A DNA stretch of 64,000 nt from Haliotis rubra (taxonomy: Eukaryota): assembly GCF_003918875.1 (NCBI RefSeq), contig NW_025767401.1:1240001-1304000 (forward strand), read 5' to 3'. The notes beneath the pieces were generated by a model. That model had not been told where the DNA came from and ran no database searches. It worked only from the letters and a program-made list of their open reading frames with translations. This document shows, piece after piece, positions 36,531-48,875 of the stretch (the first letter of the stretch is position 1; the number at the start of each line of letters is the position of its first letter). A program made the translations under genes and the position numbers.

Positions 36531-39388
36531 CAAAGTGAAGGCAAAAATCAAAGATACTACAAAACAGTATCAAAATATTATGATGTAGAAACGACTTTCA
36601 TGATTACTGACCAATTGCTATTTGAAACAATACTCTTAATTATAAGAGGTTACACAATAAAATACTCATCAGAAATGAAAAAGAAAAGAAATAAGAGGGA
36701 AAAAGAACTTGTTGACAATATCAATGATTTAGAAATAAAATTTGACCGTTCAGAAAAGGATGACATTAAAGAAAATTTACTGTCACGAATTCAGCAGGTA
36801 AAAGCAGAATTAGAAGAAATTCATAAATACCAAACGGAAGGTATTATAATGAGATCAAAAGTTGACTGGTATGAGCATGGAGAAACACCAAGCAAATACG
36901 TCCTATCCCTTGAAAAACAAAACTTCCTAAATAAAGCAATTACAAAACTTGAAAATGAAAATAAAGAAATCGTAACAGGCAAAAACAATTTAATAAAAGA
37001 AACAAAAACATTTTACAAAAAGTTATACACAAAAAAAGATACCAAACAGGTTAACTTACATGAGCTTTTTAAGGATGCTGCAATTCCAAAACTTAATGAT
37101 AACCAAAAGCAAAGCCTAGAAGGGGAATTAACGTATGACGAAGTCCTAAGCTCGCTTAAAAAATGAAAAATGGGAAAAGTCCTGGCCCATCAGGATTCAC
37201 AACTGAGTTTTACAAATTCTTCTGGAATAATATATATCCGTTTTTACTTAGATCTTTAAATTACGCATACCAAAGCCGTGAACTATCGACTAGCCAAAAA
37301 CAAGGTCTTATTACTTGTATACCTAACAAAGACAACTGGAGACCGATATCGTTACTAAAGTGTCATACAAGATCGGTTCGGCAACAGTAGCAAATAGAAT
37401 TAAAAGGGTATTGACGTCAATTATTAATGAAAATCAAAAATTATTCCTTGCTAATAGGTATATTGGAGAATGCACAAGACTGATATATGACATAATAAAT
37501 TATACAGAAACTACGGAAATTCCTGGAATGTTACTACTGATCGATTTTGAAAAAGCATTTGACTCCATAGACTGGAACTTCATTGAAGAGGTTTTTGCGT
37601 TTTTAAGTTTTGGGGAATCTATAAGAAAATGGATCAAGACATTATATTGTAATATAAGTTCATCAGTATTAGTAAATGGCTTTGGTTCTGACTTCTTTAA
37701 CATAACTAGAGGCTGTAGACAAGGAGATCCCCTTTCGCCTTATATCTTCATTTTATGCGCTGAAATTTTATCTGCAATGATTCGAAACAATACACAGGTA
37801 AAAGGTATAACAATTGGAAACACAGAATATCTAGTCTCCCAGTTTGCAGATGATACATCCCTTGTCTTAGATGGTACTGAAAAGTGTCTACAAAATGCCT
37901 TACAAATATTAGACGACTGTGCTTCCTTTTCCGGTCTGAGAATGAATGTAAACAAAACAAGAATCATTTGGATAGGATCTCTCCGAGGATCAACCAATAT
38001 TTTGTGCAAAAAATGGAAACTTAACTGGTCTCGAGCTGATTTTGCTATTCTCGGTATTGTATTCTCTCTAAACATAGCTGAGATGGTTGAAAAGAACTAT
38101 AAAGACAAACTTAAAAACATAAAAAGACAAATGCAAATATGGACAGCTCGAAACCTTACACCCCGCGGTAGGATTACAATCCTGAAATCATTAATTCTGC
38201 CAACAATAAACCACTTATTTTCCGCCCTACCCAATCCATCAAACGACATTATTAATGACCTAGAAAACTATGTTTCTCCTTTGTATGGTATAACAAACCT
38301 GATAAGATTAAACGTGATATCATAAAACAAAAATATCAGGATGGCGGTTTAAGAATGCCCGACATAAAACAGACTATCAATGCTAAAAAAATTGCATGGC
38401 TTAAAAGAATATGTTTAAAAGACACTACATTGACTGCCATCTTTTCCTATAATGTTTCACAAAACATACCAGATATCTTGCTGAAGAGGGAAACATTTAT
38501 AAAACAAAGACCTATAAATAAAAAAACAAACTGTTTTTGTAAAGAAGCACTTTTAACATTGGGTTTCTATACGTCATTGAAAAATACAAAAGTTGTTCAG
38601 GGCAATGCTGTAGGACATATTATGATATACTTATTCCAATTTCAGACACTGCTATGTATAGCTATAAAAAGAAATGGGAAGATGAACTTGAAACCGATAT
38701 AAGTGAAAAAGAATGGACATCCTATCAAAAGATTATATTTCGAGCTCACACAAACTCAGAGTTTAGATGGTTCCAATATTCTTTAGTGCATAGAATCTTA
38801 TCAATAAACCTACTTTTGTTTAAGATGGGGTGTGTAGAGAGTAGGTTATGCTCATTTTGTAAAAATGCACCAGAATGTGGAATTCATCTCTTTTACGACT
38901 GTCCAAAATCTAAAGACATATGGAATCAATTTTCCAATTGGATAGGAACAAAAACAGATATCACATTGAATATCGATAAGAAGAAAATCATATTTGGATT
39001 CTCTGATAAAAGGAACGATGTCCTTCATCTCTTGATAACAGTTGTCAAATTTACTGTTTTTAAAATACGAATATATACTTGTACACCAAGTTTCGATACG
39101 ATCAGAAATGAAATAAGTAAAGTTTATAATAACGAGAGAACTCATGCCATCTCTTCTTGTAGTTTTACCAAATTTGTTGGATTTTGGTCTGATTGTCACC
39201 AATTGTTCGAATAATACTAACGTACAACCGACCCATTTCCCTACAATGTCAATTGTTATAATATGCTTGCCAAACTCTGTATACAAACGGATGGTTATAT
39301 TTGAATGTTAATTGATTTCAGGGTTTTGTACCTAAAACAAAGATGAATAAAAAAAAATAAAAATAAAAAAGGTAAAAAATGAATAAAA
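36531..39388 (+). mobile_element. 5'-truncated L1/Tx1-clade LINE (decayed ORF2: RT plus C-terminal Cys/His domain), copy B intron 6
   Basis: KSPGPSGF, WRPISLL, DFEKAFD, RGCRQGDPLSP and QFADD motifs across frameshifted ORFs; A-rich tail; TSD AGGTTTCTGTCGA at 36518-36530 and 39389-39401. Confidence 0.93.
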
Positions 39389-39757
39389 AGGTTTCTGTCG
39401 AGCCCAGTGGATACCTCTCTACTCAGCGATTTGCGGCGCTTGAAACGTCAGGGCGATCAACACGCAAATGCACATGCACGCGCACGCAATGTGGCTTGCA
39501 CATACACCACGTGCATTCACATTGGCAAGTGGATTCCTTTCTTATTATCAGCTCTAATTCTACTCCAGTCGTCTAAGGCACCTCAATTGGTGTTGCAGGG
39601 TTGAGATCTTCAGGCGTTCCAGGATCCTAGCATCGTGGGTTTAAATCCAATATTCACCCTGATTAAAGTCAATAGTTTGACAAGACTATGAACATGCTCC
39701 GGGGAGGGCATAGAAAATAGATGGACACAGACAATAGATGCATGAGGACAAACCAAC

Positions 39758-39894
39758 CCTATGTAATCTATCGAAGCAGACAGATCCTTGTCCTTTAAGA
39801 TGTCATCGGCGATGGCCCAAGGGTCTGTGTAGTCGTCGGCTGCTACTATTCTGACGTTGCTCAGGTTGTTGCTGTCCAATGTCTTCCTCAGCGT
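39758..39894 (-). CDS. GALC: GALC copy B exon 6
   Basis: aag|TLRKTLDSNNLSNVRIVAADDYTDPWAIADDILKDKDLSASIDYIG|gt, 137 nt. Confidence 0.92.
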
Positions 39895-40135
39895 CTTCAA
39901 GACAGGACACATACTTACAAGCAAGAGGGACCAATGTATGGGAATACAGTAGGTTCTCTGTTTCCCAAATAATAAGCATAGAGTTATAAGAATCTTTGTG
40001 GTGTGAAACTCCAGACAATTATAGCTCTGCAGATTTGTTTAGTCTCTGAAATGGAAAAGGGTATCTCTATTTTTTAAATATTTTATTAATATGATACAGA
40101 AATATTTGTTTTCTGTAAAATATGTTCATTTCAGA

Positions 40136-41030
40136 TGTTCGTCCCAAAAGTAGTCGGCCTCGCCTAGAAAATTATACAAATGCAGCTGTTTTTATGCTTT
40201 ATCTTTCTACATATTATCAGTCAACCTCAAGCAAATTGCTTTTGCCATATTTCAGCCTCACGATTCCCGTTTTGTTTGACTTTTTATCTTGGTACCCCAC
40301 CCACCCCACCCACCCCAAAACCCGCACAATTTGCAATAAAAGCATCACAAACTTCAGGAAACAAAATATGCAAGAAACATTTTGTGTGTTTGAGATAGAC
40401 AGAAGTCCTCAAGAATCAAACGTAGATAATAAAGTGCATAAAAATGCAATTTGAAACTACAATCGCTTGTTAAAGTGAATCCCCCCATGATGTTTACTGA
40501 AAGAGCTTGTTTTTGAGACACTGCCCAACCCATTTCAGATGACGTAATCATAAGGACTTATTCATGCATGGTGCCAAGGGTTCAAACTAAATACTGCATG
40601 GTCACACACACACTCAAAATATTGTAAACAGTGCCAGCTTGAATATCTGGACACAATGTATTTGAAAGATTAAAAGGGGGGTGTACTTTAAAAACAGTCC
40701 CGTCTAAATATAAAACAAGAAATCCAAATCTTTGAATGTTGATTATGACGGGAAGTCATCCAATACTATACTGAAGATATTTTACATGATATTATATGAG
40801 GTCATACCATTATCCAAGAGGTACAAAATGATCGTTTTTCACTTTATGCAATTTGTAAAGAAATATTATACCCCAATGTGTTGTTATTACTAATATCTGG
40901 TTAACCACACTACCCACATATTTGAAATTTTGGATATGGCTTTGCTAATGATTCCTTCAAAATAAAATGGAAGCTTTTCTAACATTGGACATCGAGAATA
41001 TAGTTAGGCTGACTACTTTTGGAACGCCCC
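40136..41030. mobile_element. Putative non-autonomous DNA transposon
   Basis: Inverted CGT(C/T)CCAAAAGTAGTC(G/A)GCCT at both ends; not seen in copy C. Confidence 0.5.
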
Positions 41031-41104
41031 TTACAGGTAGCAGGTTTCCGCGTTAACAGCTGTGTTTCCATGTCCTCAAGCTGCTCCAGATGATATTCTT
41101 ACAA

Positions 41105-43670
41105 GTAACAGAATAGGCGCTTACAGTGACATGTGAGGACACTCTTATACCCAGCAGAATTGTCATATAGTGACATATAAACTCTCATGTTACCAGCAGA
41201 ATGGGCATACAGTGACAGGTGAGAACACTCTTGCTACTAGCAGAATGGGCATACAGTAACATGTGAGAACACTCTTGTTACCAGCAGAATGGGCATACAG
41301 TGACAGGTGAGAACACGCTTGCTACCAGTAGAATGGGCATACAGTGACAGGTGAGAACACTCTTGTAACCAGGAGAATGGGCATACAGTGACATGTGAAA
41401 ACACTCTTGTTACCTGTAGAATGGGCATATAGTGACATATAAACACTCATGTTACCAGTAGAATGGGCATACAGTGACAGGTGAGAACACTCTTGCTACT
41501 AGCAGAATGGGCATACAGTAACATGTGAGAACACTCTTGTTACCAGCAGAATGGGCATACAGTGACAGGTGAGAACACTCTTGTTACCAGGAGAATGGGC
41601 ATATAGTGACATGTGAGAACACTCATGTTACCAGCAGAATGGGCATACAGTGACAGGTGAGAACACTCTTGCTACTAGCAGAATGGGCATATTGTAACAT
41701 GTGAGAACACTCTTGTTACCAGGAGAATGGGCATACAGTGACATGTGAGAACACTCAGGTTACCAGCAGAATGGGCATACAGTGACAGGTGAGAACACTC
41801 TTGCTACTAGCAGAATGGGCATATAGTGACATGTGAGAACACTCTTGTTACCAGTAGAATGGGCATATAGTGACATGTGAGAACACTCTTGCTACCAGCA
41901 GAATGGGCATATAGTGACTGTTACCAGCAGAATGGGCATACAGTGACATGTGAGAACACTCTTGTTACCAGCAGAATGGGCATACAGTGACATGTGAGAA
42001 CACTCTTGTTACCAGCAGAATGGGCATACAGTGACAGGTGAGAACACTCTTGTTACCAGCAGAATGGGCATACAGTGACATGTGAGAACACTCTTGCTAC
42101 CAGCAGAATGGGCATACAGTGACAGGTGAGAACACTCTTGTAACCAGTAGAATGGGCATACAGTGACATGTGAGAACACTCTTGTGGGCATACCAGAACA
42201 TACAGTGACATGTGAGAACACTCTTGTTACCAGTGGGCATACAGTGACATGTGAGAACACTCTTGTTACCAGAAGAATGGGCATACAGTGACATGTGAGA
42301 ACACTCTTGTTACCAGTAGAATGGGCATACAGTGACATGTGAGAACACTCTTGTTACCAGTAGAATGGGCATACAGTGACATGTGAGAACACTCTTGTTA
42401 CCAGCAGAATGGGCATACAGTGACAGGTGAGAACACTCTTGCTACCAGTAGAATGGGCATACAGTGACAGGTGAGAACACTCTTGTAACCAGAAGAATGG
42501 GCATACAGTGACATGTGAGAACACTCTTGTTACCAGCAGAATGGGCATATAGTGACATGTGAGAACACTCTTGTTACCAGTAGAATGGGCATATAGTGAC
42601 ATGTGAGAACACTCTTGTTACCAGTAAATTGGGCATACAGTGACATGTGAAAACACTCTTGTTACCACTAGAATGGGCATATAGTGACATGTGAGAACAC
42701 TCTTGTTACCAGTAGAATGGGCATACAGTGACATGTGAAAACGCTCTTGTTACCAGCAGTAGAATGGGTGAGAACACTCTTGTTACAAAGAATGGGCATA
42801 CAGTGACATGTGAGAACACTCTTGTTACCAGTAGAATGGGCATATAGTGACATGTGAGTGCACTTTTGTTACCAGTAGAATGGGCATACAGTGACATGTG
42901 AAAACACTCTTGTTACCAGTAGAATGGGCATACAGTGACATGTGAAAACACTCTTGTTACCAGTAGAATGGGCATACAGTGACATGTGAAAACACTCTTG
43001 TTACCACTAGAATGGGCATATAGGGACATGTGAGAACACTCTTGTTACCAGTAGAATGGGCATACAGTGACATGTGAAAACGCTCTTGTTACCTGTAGAA
43101 TGGGCATACAGTAACATGTGAGAACACTCTTGTTACCAGTAGAATGGGCATATAGTGACATGTGAGTACACTTTTGTTACCAGTAGAATGGGCATATAGT
43201 GACATGTGAAAACACTCTTGTTACCAGTAGAATGGGCATATAGTGACATGTGAGAACACTCTTGTTACCAGTAGAATGGGCATACAGTGACATGTGAAAA
43301 CACTCTTGTTACCAGTAGAATGGGCATATAGGGACATGTGAGAACACTCTTGTTACCAGTAGAATGGGCATACAGTGACATGTGAAAACGCTCTTGTTAC
43401 CTGTAGAATGGGCATACAGTAACATGTGAGAACACTCTTGTTACCAGTAGAATGGGCATATAGTGACATGTGAGAACACTCTTGTTACCAGTAGAATGGG
43501 CATATAGTGACATGTGAAAACGCTCTTGTTACCTGTAGAATGGGCATACAGTGACATGTGAGAACACTCTTGTTACCAGTAGAATGGGCATATAGTGACA
43601 TGTGAGAACACTCTTGTTACCAGTAGAATGGGCATACAGCGACATGTGAGAACACTCTTGTTACCAGTAC
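41105..43670. repeat. Minisatellite, 44-bp unit, ~57 copies, copy B intron 5
   Basis: Unit AGAATGGGCATACAGTGACATGTGAGAACACTCTTGTTACCAGT. Confidence 0.96.
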
Positions 43671-43691
43671 AATGTTTGGGCTGCTTTCCTG

Positions 43692-43798
43692 GGCCCCGTT
43701 TCTGAAAGCGTTCGTAGCGCTACGATAGTCGTAACTCTATGTTAAAGTATGGGAGTTATGATCATCTTAACGCTTCGATCGTTTTGTGGAACGAGGAC
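43692..43798. mobile_element. Small palindromic MITE, CWG flanks
   Basis: Imperfect hairpin of ~107 bp; shares an ATGGGAGTTA core with 44192-44307; absent from copy C. Confidence 0.6.
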
Positions 43799-43836
43799 CA
43801 GTCCCACACAGCCATCACTCCTGTGATTCCACTTAC

Positions 43837-44040
43837 TTTGATGTATAAGTCATTGTACGGATTTTCGTTCCAGATGCCAATAAAGTCTATGGTAAGGTTG
43901 TGGTACGTCTTGGCACCTTGGACCCACTTCAGGATGTACGTTGCCGTCTGTTGGGGTATTACATACGGGTCCTGCGGGGTGGTTGCTATCCAGCCGGGGA
44001 ATCCCCACGGCAGACCATACAGCTTGATGTCCGGGTTCCG
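43837..44040 (-). CDS. GALC: GALC copy B exon 5 (contains catalytic acid/base WNE)
   Basis: cag|RNPDIKLYGLPWGFPGW...TIDFIGIWNENPYNDLYIK|gtaagt, 204 nt. Confidence 0.94.
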
Positions 44041-44191
44041 CTGAAATACAAGAAGGTCTACACTGCAACCATGTCGAGGATGTTCAGACAGGCATCAGAA
44101 TCAAACAAGTATTAAACTTCCTTTTTTATAAATTATGATGAATTGTTACATGATCAGCACAATCCCTGAAATGCGCCATGATGTGGTCCTG

Positions 44192-44307
44192 GGCTTCCTT
44201 TCACAAAGCACTAAGGTGATCGGAAGTCACTAAGATAACCTTAGTGCAATGTTGAAGAATGGGAGTTAAGGTTAACCTTAGTAAAGGTTGCTTCGTGAAA
44301 GGAGCCC
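44192..44307. mobile_element. Small palindromic MITE, CTG TSD
   Basis: TIR GG..TCCTTTCAC.AAGCA; empty site at ~63280 in copy C. Confidence 0.75.
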
Positions 44308-44374
44308 CTGTACTACAACTTTCTGCGTGACTTCATATGCTCCAGTAGGTTCTCTACTGAGTAATTAGTGGTAC

Positions 44375-44463
44375 CTTCTTTGCTTCTCTCATAAGCCACC
44401 ACTCATATCCTCTGTGGTAGTTCTCCTCCCAGCTGTTGTGCATGTGGGACGCCTCGGATCCAT
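44375..44463 (-). CDS. GALC: GALC copy B exon 4
   Basis: cag|[30 protein letters not shown]|gt, 89 nt. Confidence 0.94.
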
Positions 44464-44598
44464 CTGGATTTACAACATTGTCATCATTGTCACCATCTAC
44501 GTCCCTCATGTCAAATAATTCTTGTAGTGTAAAGTAGGCAGGATAGACATCGGTTCTAATAAGATTATCATGTACAAATTATGGAGTGATGTTAGTTT

Positions 44599-44716
44599 TG
44601 TGGTTAAAGCGTTCGTCTGTCACGCCGAAGACCCGGGTTCGATTCGGGAACAATGTGTGAAGCCCATTTCTGATATTGCTGGAATATTGCTAAAACGGCG
44701 CAAAACTCACTCACTC
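44599..44716 (+). mobile_element. tRNA-derived SINE family 1, partial
   Basis: Consensus with internal deletions; absent from copy C. Confidence 0.82.
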
Positions 44717-44927
44717 CCTCTGGTAGTGGAATGTAGGCAAGGATAGATATCGGTTCACAAGAAGTATCTATACTGATGTCACAGTATCTATGCACTAACA
44801 TTATCAATTAGAACGTAAGTATCATCAACATTTGGAAACAATTTCTGTCATTTCTATATCGATCAGATAGAGAATTCGTAGTCCCTTTAATCTACCCTGG
44901 CTGTAAATATGTAAGTGTGAGTTATAC

Positions 44928-44991
44928 CAGTGCTCTGTGCATCTCCGCCAATCTCGACCTTCAGAATTTGCAGACTGGCTCCGAAGTTGGG
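44928..44991 (-). CDS. GALC: GALC copy B exon 3
   Basis: cag|[21 protein letters not shown]|gt, 64 nt. Confidence 0.94.
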
Positions 44992-46028
44992 CTGTAACAA
45001 GTAAGTTATTTCCTTTTAAACCATTTGACTGATAGCGCTAGAAATATTAAATACGCCTCAGGCAACAAATTATTGTACCATACGGTTAGTTAGATTAAGT
45101 CTTGCAAGGAAGAGTCTTCAGATGTTTCTTGAAAAAGGCTACGACGAAAATAAGAATTTTATATGACATTTTCAGGTTGCTGTCCAGCCACAAGCCAAAA
45201 AGCTGTTTTACTTTCGATACCACTCGTATTTCACTACCTGCCACAGTGATTAAAGTAGTTTTCGGTTGTTTTCATAACAATTTGCAGACTTTTCCAGTGT
45301 ACAAGATTTCTTTCCAGTACCACTGAGAATAAACTCGGTCATGATGGTAGGGCATCCACACAACGTCATACACGCAGCTTCTTGTCATCGCTCTATTGGC
45401 CCTGAGTTGTGTCATGGTGATTTCCTGTCGTATGAGTAGGAACAAGGCAGCAGCAAGTTCCTTGTGGAAAGCCACGCCTTGGAATGTGTGATTTTGGCAA
45501 TCAACATCAATGCAAAGTTGGGAGAGCTCCCTCCAACTCATCTCGTTCAGTAAGTGTTCATGATACAGGTAATTCGCAGCGAGAAATGTCCTGCACTAAC
45601 TGCACGGGAATTGTCTGCGAGTGACGAAACCGTCACCAAGAACGAGGCGAGTTTGCAATCAGTCGGTATGTTCGTTAGTAAGGGCAAGAGGTGAGATAGA
45701 CATCCGTGGTTAGTGTTTCCGTGAAATTAGTTTATTCTTTACACATTCAGTGCCAGATTTATTGATACATATTCAGGTACTTGCTCGTCATAGATCGTTT
45801 TCTAGGAAAAGTTTAGTTCCTCGGTTTAGTTTTAGAATAAATTGTTTTATCATGTTTAGTTGATCATTTTAGTCCAATAATCTGTTTGGAACACAGAGTA
45901 TATTGTGATCTAAAGTAATCTTTGACATGACGAGAGACAGTATGCCGGTAACCCTTATATACTGGTAATTATTTCAATATCAACACTCAAGTTTGGGTAT
46001 TGAAACAATTTCTTGACTTGTGACTCAC

Positions 46029-46097
46029 CTTAAAGAGGAAGTCGAGAATCTGGTTCCGCTGTTCATCCGGGTAGTTGGCCAGCAGCTTCGACGTAGC
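46029..46097 (-). CDS. GALC: GALC copy B exon 2
   Basis: cag|ATSKLLANYPDEQRNQILDFLFK|gtgagt, 69 nt. Confidence 0.93.
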
Positions 46098-46469
46098 CTG
46101 AAGGTTGAACGAACGAAATGTAAGTCGGAGGAATATACTGACTCGTGTCATGGAGGACATTTAAACAACTGACGCATCAGTGACAAAAACTAAATTCGTT
46201 GCAATTCATTATGTTGTCATGTACCATACGTTCCCACTGAACGTTTGAACAATTGACTAGCCATGGCACTTATGATGGGTGCCATAGGTTGAGCAGGATA
46301 CGCTCACCTGGTGCCATCACTATTTCATAGTGATTCACATAACGGAATTGTACAATCCACTCTGCTTCAAGCAGATGCTTCTTATGAACGACTGTGATGA
46401 GGCACAGGGGTACGCACAGAAAGATGCTTTGTTCACTGAAGTTTCCTATGTGGTACTTACCCTGATTAC

Positions 46470-46710
46470 ACGTGAAGATCCGGGTTACAATTGGTCTTCA
46501 GTAACCCATGCCTGTAGGAAAAGGCCAATACCGGGATCGGATGGTCAGGCTCGCTGACTTGGTTGACACATGTCATCGAATCCCTACTGGCTAGATCGAT
46601 GCTCATGCTGTTGATCAATGGATTGTCTGGTCCAGACTCGATTATTTACAGACCTCCGCCACATAGCTGGAATATTGCTGAGTGCGGCGTTAAACAACAA
46701 ACAAGCAAAG
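46470..46710 (+). mobile_element. SINE family 2 with (CAAA)n tail next to the exon 1 donor of copy B
   Basis: Most complete copy, ending GCTGGAATATTGCTGAGTGCGGCGTTAAACAACAAAC. Confidence 0.85.
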
Positions 46711-46722
46711 ACAGAAACTTAC

Positions 46723-46857
46723 CCCTCCACCGCTCAGCCCGCCGATTCCATCAAACCTCCGACCGAGACCTAATGAATCAGAAATTTCGTACACTTTCGC
46801 TTCACTACAATACACAGCAACCACACAGCATACCAAAACTGCTGACAACCACCTCAT
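46723..46857 (-). CDS. GALC: GALC copy B exon 1 (signal peptide + N-terminus)
   Basis: aacATG; MRWLSAVLVCCVVAVYCSEAKVYEISDSLGLGRRFDGIGGLSGGG|gtaagt. Confidence 0.92.
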
Positions 46858-46939
46858 GTTGGAGAGCTTGGTGTGTCTTACTGCCTCACTCACAAATATC
46901 ACTCAGGTATGTGCAAGTCATAGGACACTGACATCATAG

Positions 46940-46955
46940 TGACCTGATTGGATAT
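46940..46955 (-). promoter_or_regulatory. Candidate CCAAT box upstream of the copy B start codon
   Basis: ATCCAATCAG about 90 nt upstream of the ATG; motif match only. Confidence 0.3.
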
Positions 46956-47269
46956 CTATGGAAGACATTCATTGTTATTAGTGTAACAAGGTATCTGTAT
47001 ATCTGTTATCGATATTAACCTTGCTTCTATCTTATCTCGGTGTAGCGTCCTTGTGTGGAGCAACACAAATCTCAGGCCAACTCATTTGTTTTTGTTTTGG
47101 GGGATTGTTATAGGGCATATACACTTGACTGACCAGTGATCTGATGCTGGTCCTTTCGCAGAAAATATCAAGAGAATTGTCACAAGATAGTGGCAGGCGT
47201 GCTCAGGCACTCGGCGATTTTCACTGACGAGAAGGACACTGGACTGGCCCATTCCAACTCAATATCTAC

Positions 47270-48875
47270 ATACATCAGTCAGGATGAATGGTGTGACCAC
47301 TTTGCACATCTGCTCTTCATGCAAAATGTTACTCTGAATTGTTCGACATTGCATTCTGTTGATAATACAGGAGTGGACTCTGACAGTTGTATCAATAGAC
47401 CCTTTCAGAGGAGGAAGTCTTCCTGGGGTTAAGCAAATCTTAAACTCAACAAGTCACTTGGACCTGATAGCTTGCAAAGTGAATTACTTAAAGCAACTAA
47501 ATAATATTTAACACCTCTCCTAACAAGAGTATTCAACTCTCTGCTGGACAATGGAACATTTCTCAAACAATGGGACACTAGCAATATCCATGTTACTGAT
47601 TATTATAGAGGAATATCTCTTATTGATTCATTCTGTAAAGTGATATGTGCTATTCTTAAGAAAAGGCTTCAAACTTGGTGTGGCATAAACTCTGTCCTAT
47701 CCGAAACTCTGGTTTTCGGCCAGACTATTCAAATTTGTTTACAAGCGATGATACAGAAATATTTGTCTAAAAAAGGTGGTAGAGTGTATGGTATATTTGT
47801 AGACTTTAAACACAACTTTGATATTGTTGATAGAACTATTATTTCAAAGCCTAATTAATATGGGTATTAAAGGGACATTTCTCAATGTAATTGTTTCCAT
47901 GTATTCAAATTTATCTGCTTTTGTTAGGACAGATTAGGGCCTATCCAGGTGTTTTAAATGTAATATCGGTACCCGTCAGGGTTGTATCTTAAGTCCGCTG
48001 CTTTTTTGTATTCTTCATAAATCAGTTATGTGCTTGAGCAATTCTGCTATGATACAGGCATGAGTATAAATTTGAGTAAAACAAAACTTATGGTTTTTCG
48101 TAAAGGTGGTGCTCTTTGCCAAAATGAAGAGTGTTTTTAAGGGTGAGAACATAGGGGTAGTAAATGTATATAGATACTTAGGTTGTGTGTTTACAACATC
48201 TCTATCATGGACTAAGGCACAAAAAGCTTGCATGTCATTGTATAATTATCAAAATAAAATTTGGAGCAATTTCGTTTCTAGATATATTTAAACTTTCTGA
48301 TGCAGCTATTTTTTCCTATCCTTTTTTATGGGGTAGAGATCTGGGTCGTACAGTAGACAGGTCGAAAGTTTGCAAATATACTTCTGTAAAAGGTTTTTGA
48401 AAGTTAGTAAATGTACAAGCAATGTTATGGCTCTAGGTGAATGTGGCAGAGTTCCATTGTAGTATCAGTAATGTGTATGGTAAATTTAAGTCATTGTTAA
48501 ATGTAGAAATACACTTAAGTGCAGATATTCCATATTATTATAAGCATGTTATGTATCAATTTAGGTGTAATAATTTCCGTTTAGCGGTTGAGTTGGGTAG
48601 ACATAAAAACATCAGTTATACTGATAGGATTTGTTCTTATTGTCATAGTAATGGTTTACATTTGGTCGAGGATGAATTTCATGTCGTGTTAATATGTGAG
48701 AGATATGAAGATATCAGACAGGAATGCCTTCCTTCATATACACTTGATAACCATTGTATTGATAACTTTATTAGGCTAATTTCTCATTGTATTTATACTT
48801 AAGCATGTACAATATGATGGTACCAAAGTGCCTGCATTTCGTATTATGGGCCTATGACTAAGAATATGTCTGTCT
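47270..48875 (+). mobile_element. Decayed non-LTR retrotransposon (RT remnant; possibly RTE-X-like) between copies C and B
   Basis: FVDFK, GTRQGCILSP, ELGRH...RIC...EDEFHVVLIC remnants with stops and deletions; boundaries approximate. Confidence 0.8.

Larger units (their letters stand above)
14131..46857 (-). other. GALC: GALC-like gene copy B, complete, 17 coding exons, CDS 2022 nt (673 aa)
   Basis: All exons join in frame; signal peptide, FDGIG, KVEIGGD, WNE (acid/base), HYP, WSSED (nucleophile), CVRP and FDN motifs present. Confidence 0.95.

Noticed and set aside
41237-42897. Repeated short ORFs (MSLYAHSTGNKSVLTCHCMPILL...)
   Set aside because: Translation of the 44-bp minisatellite
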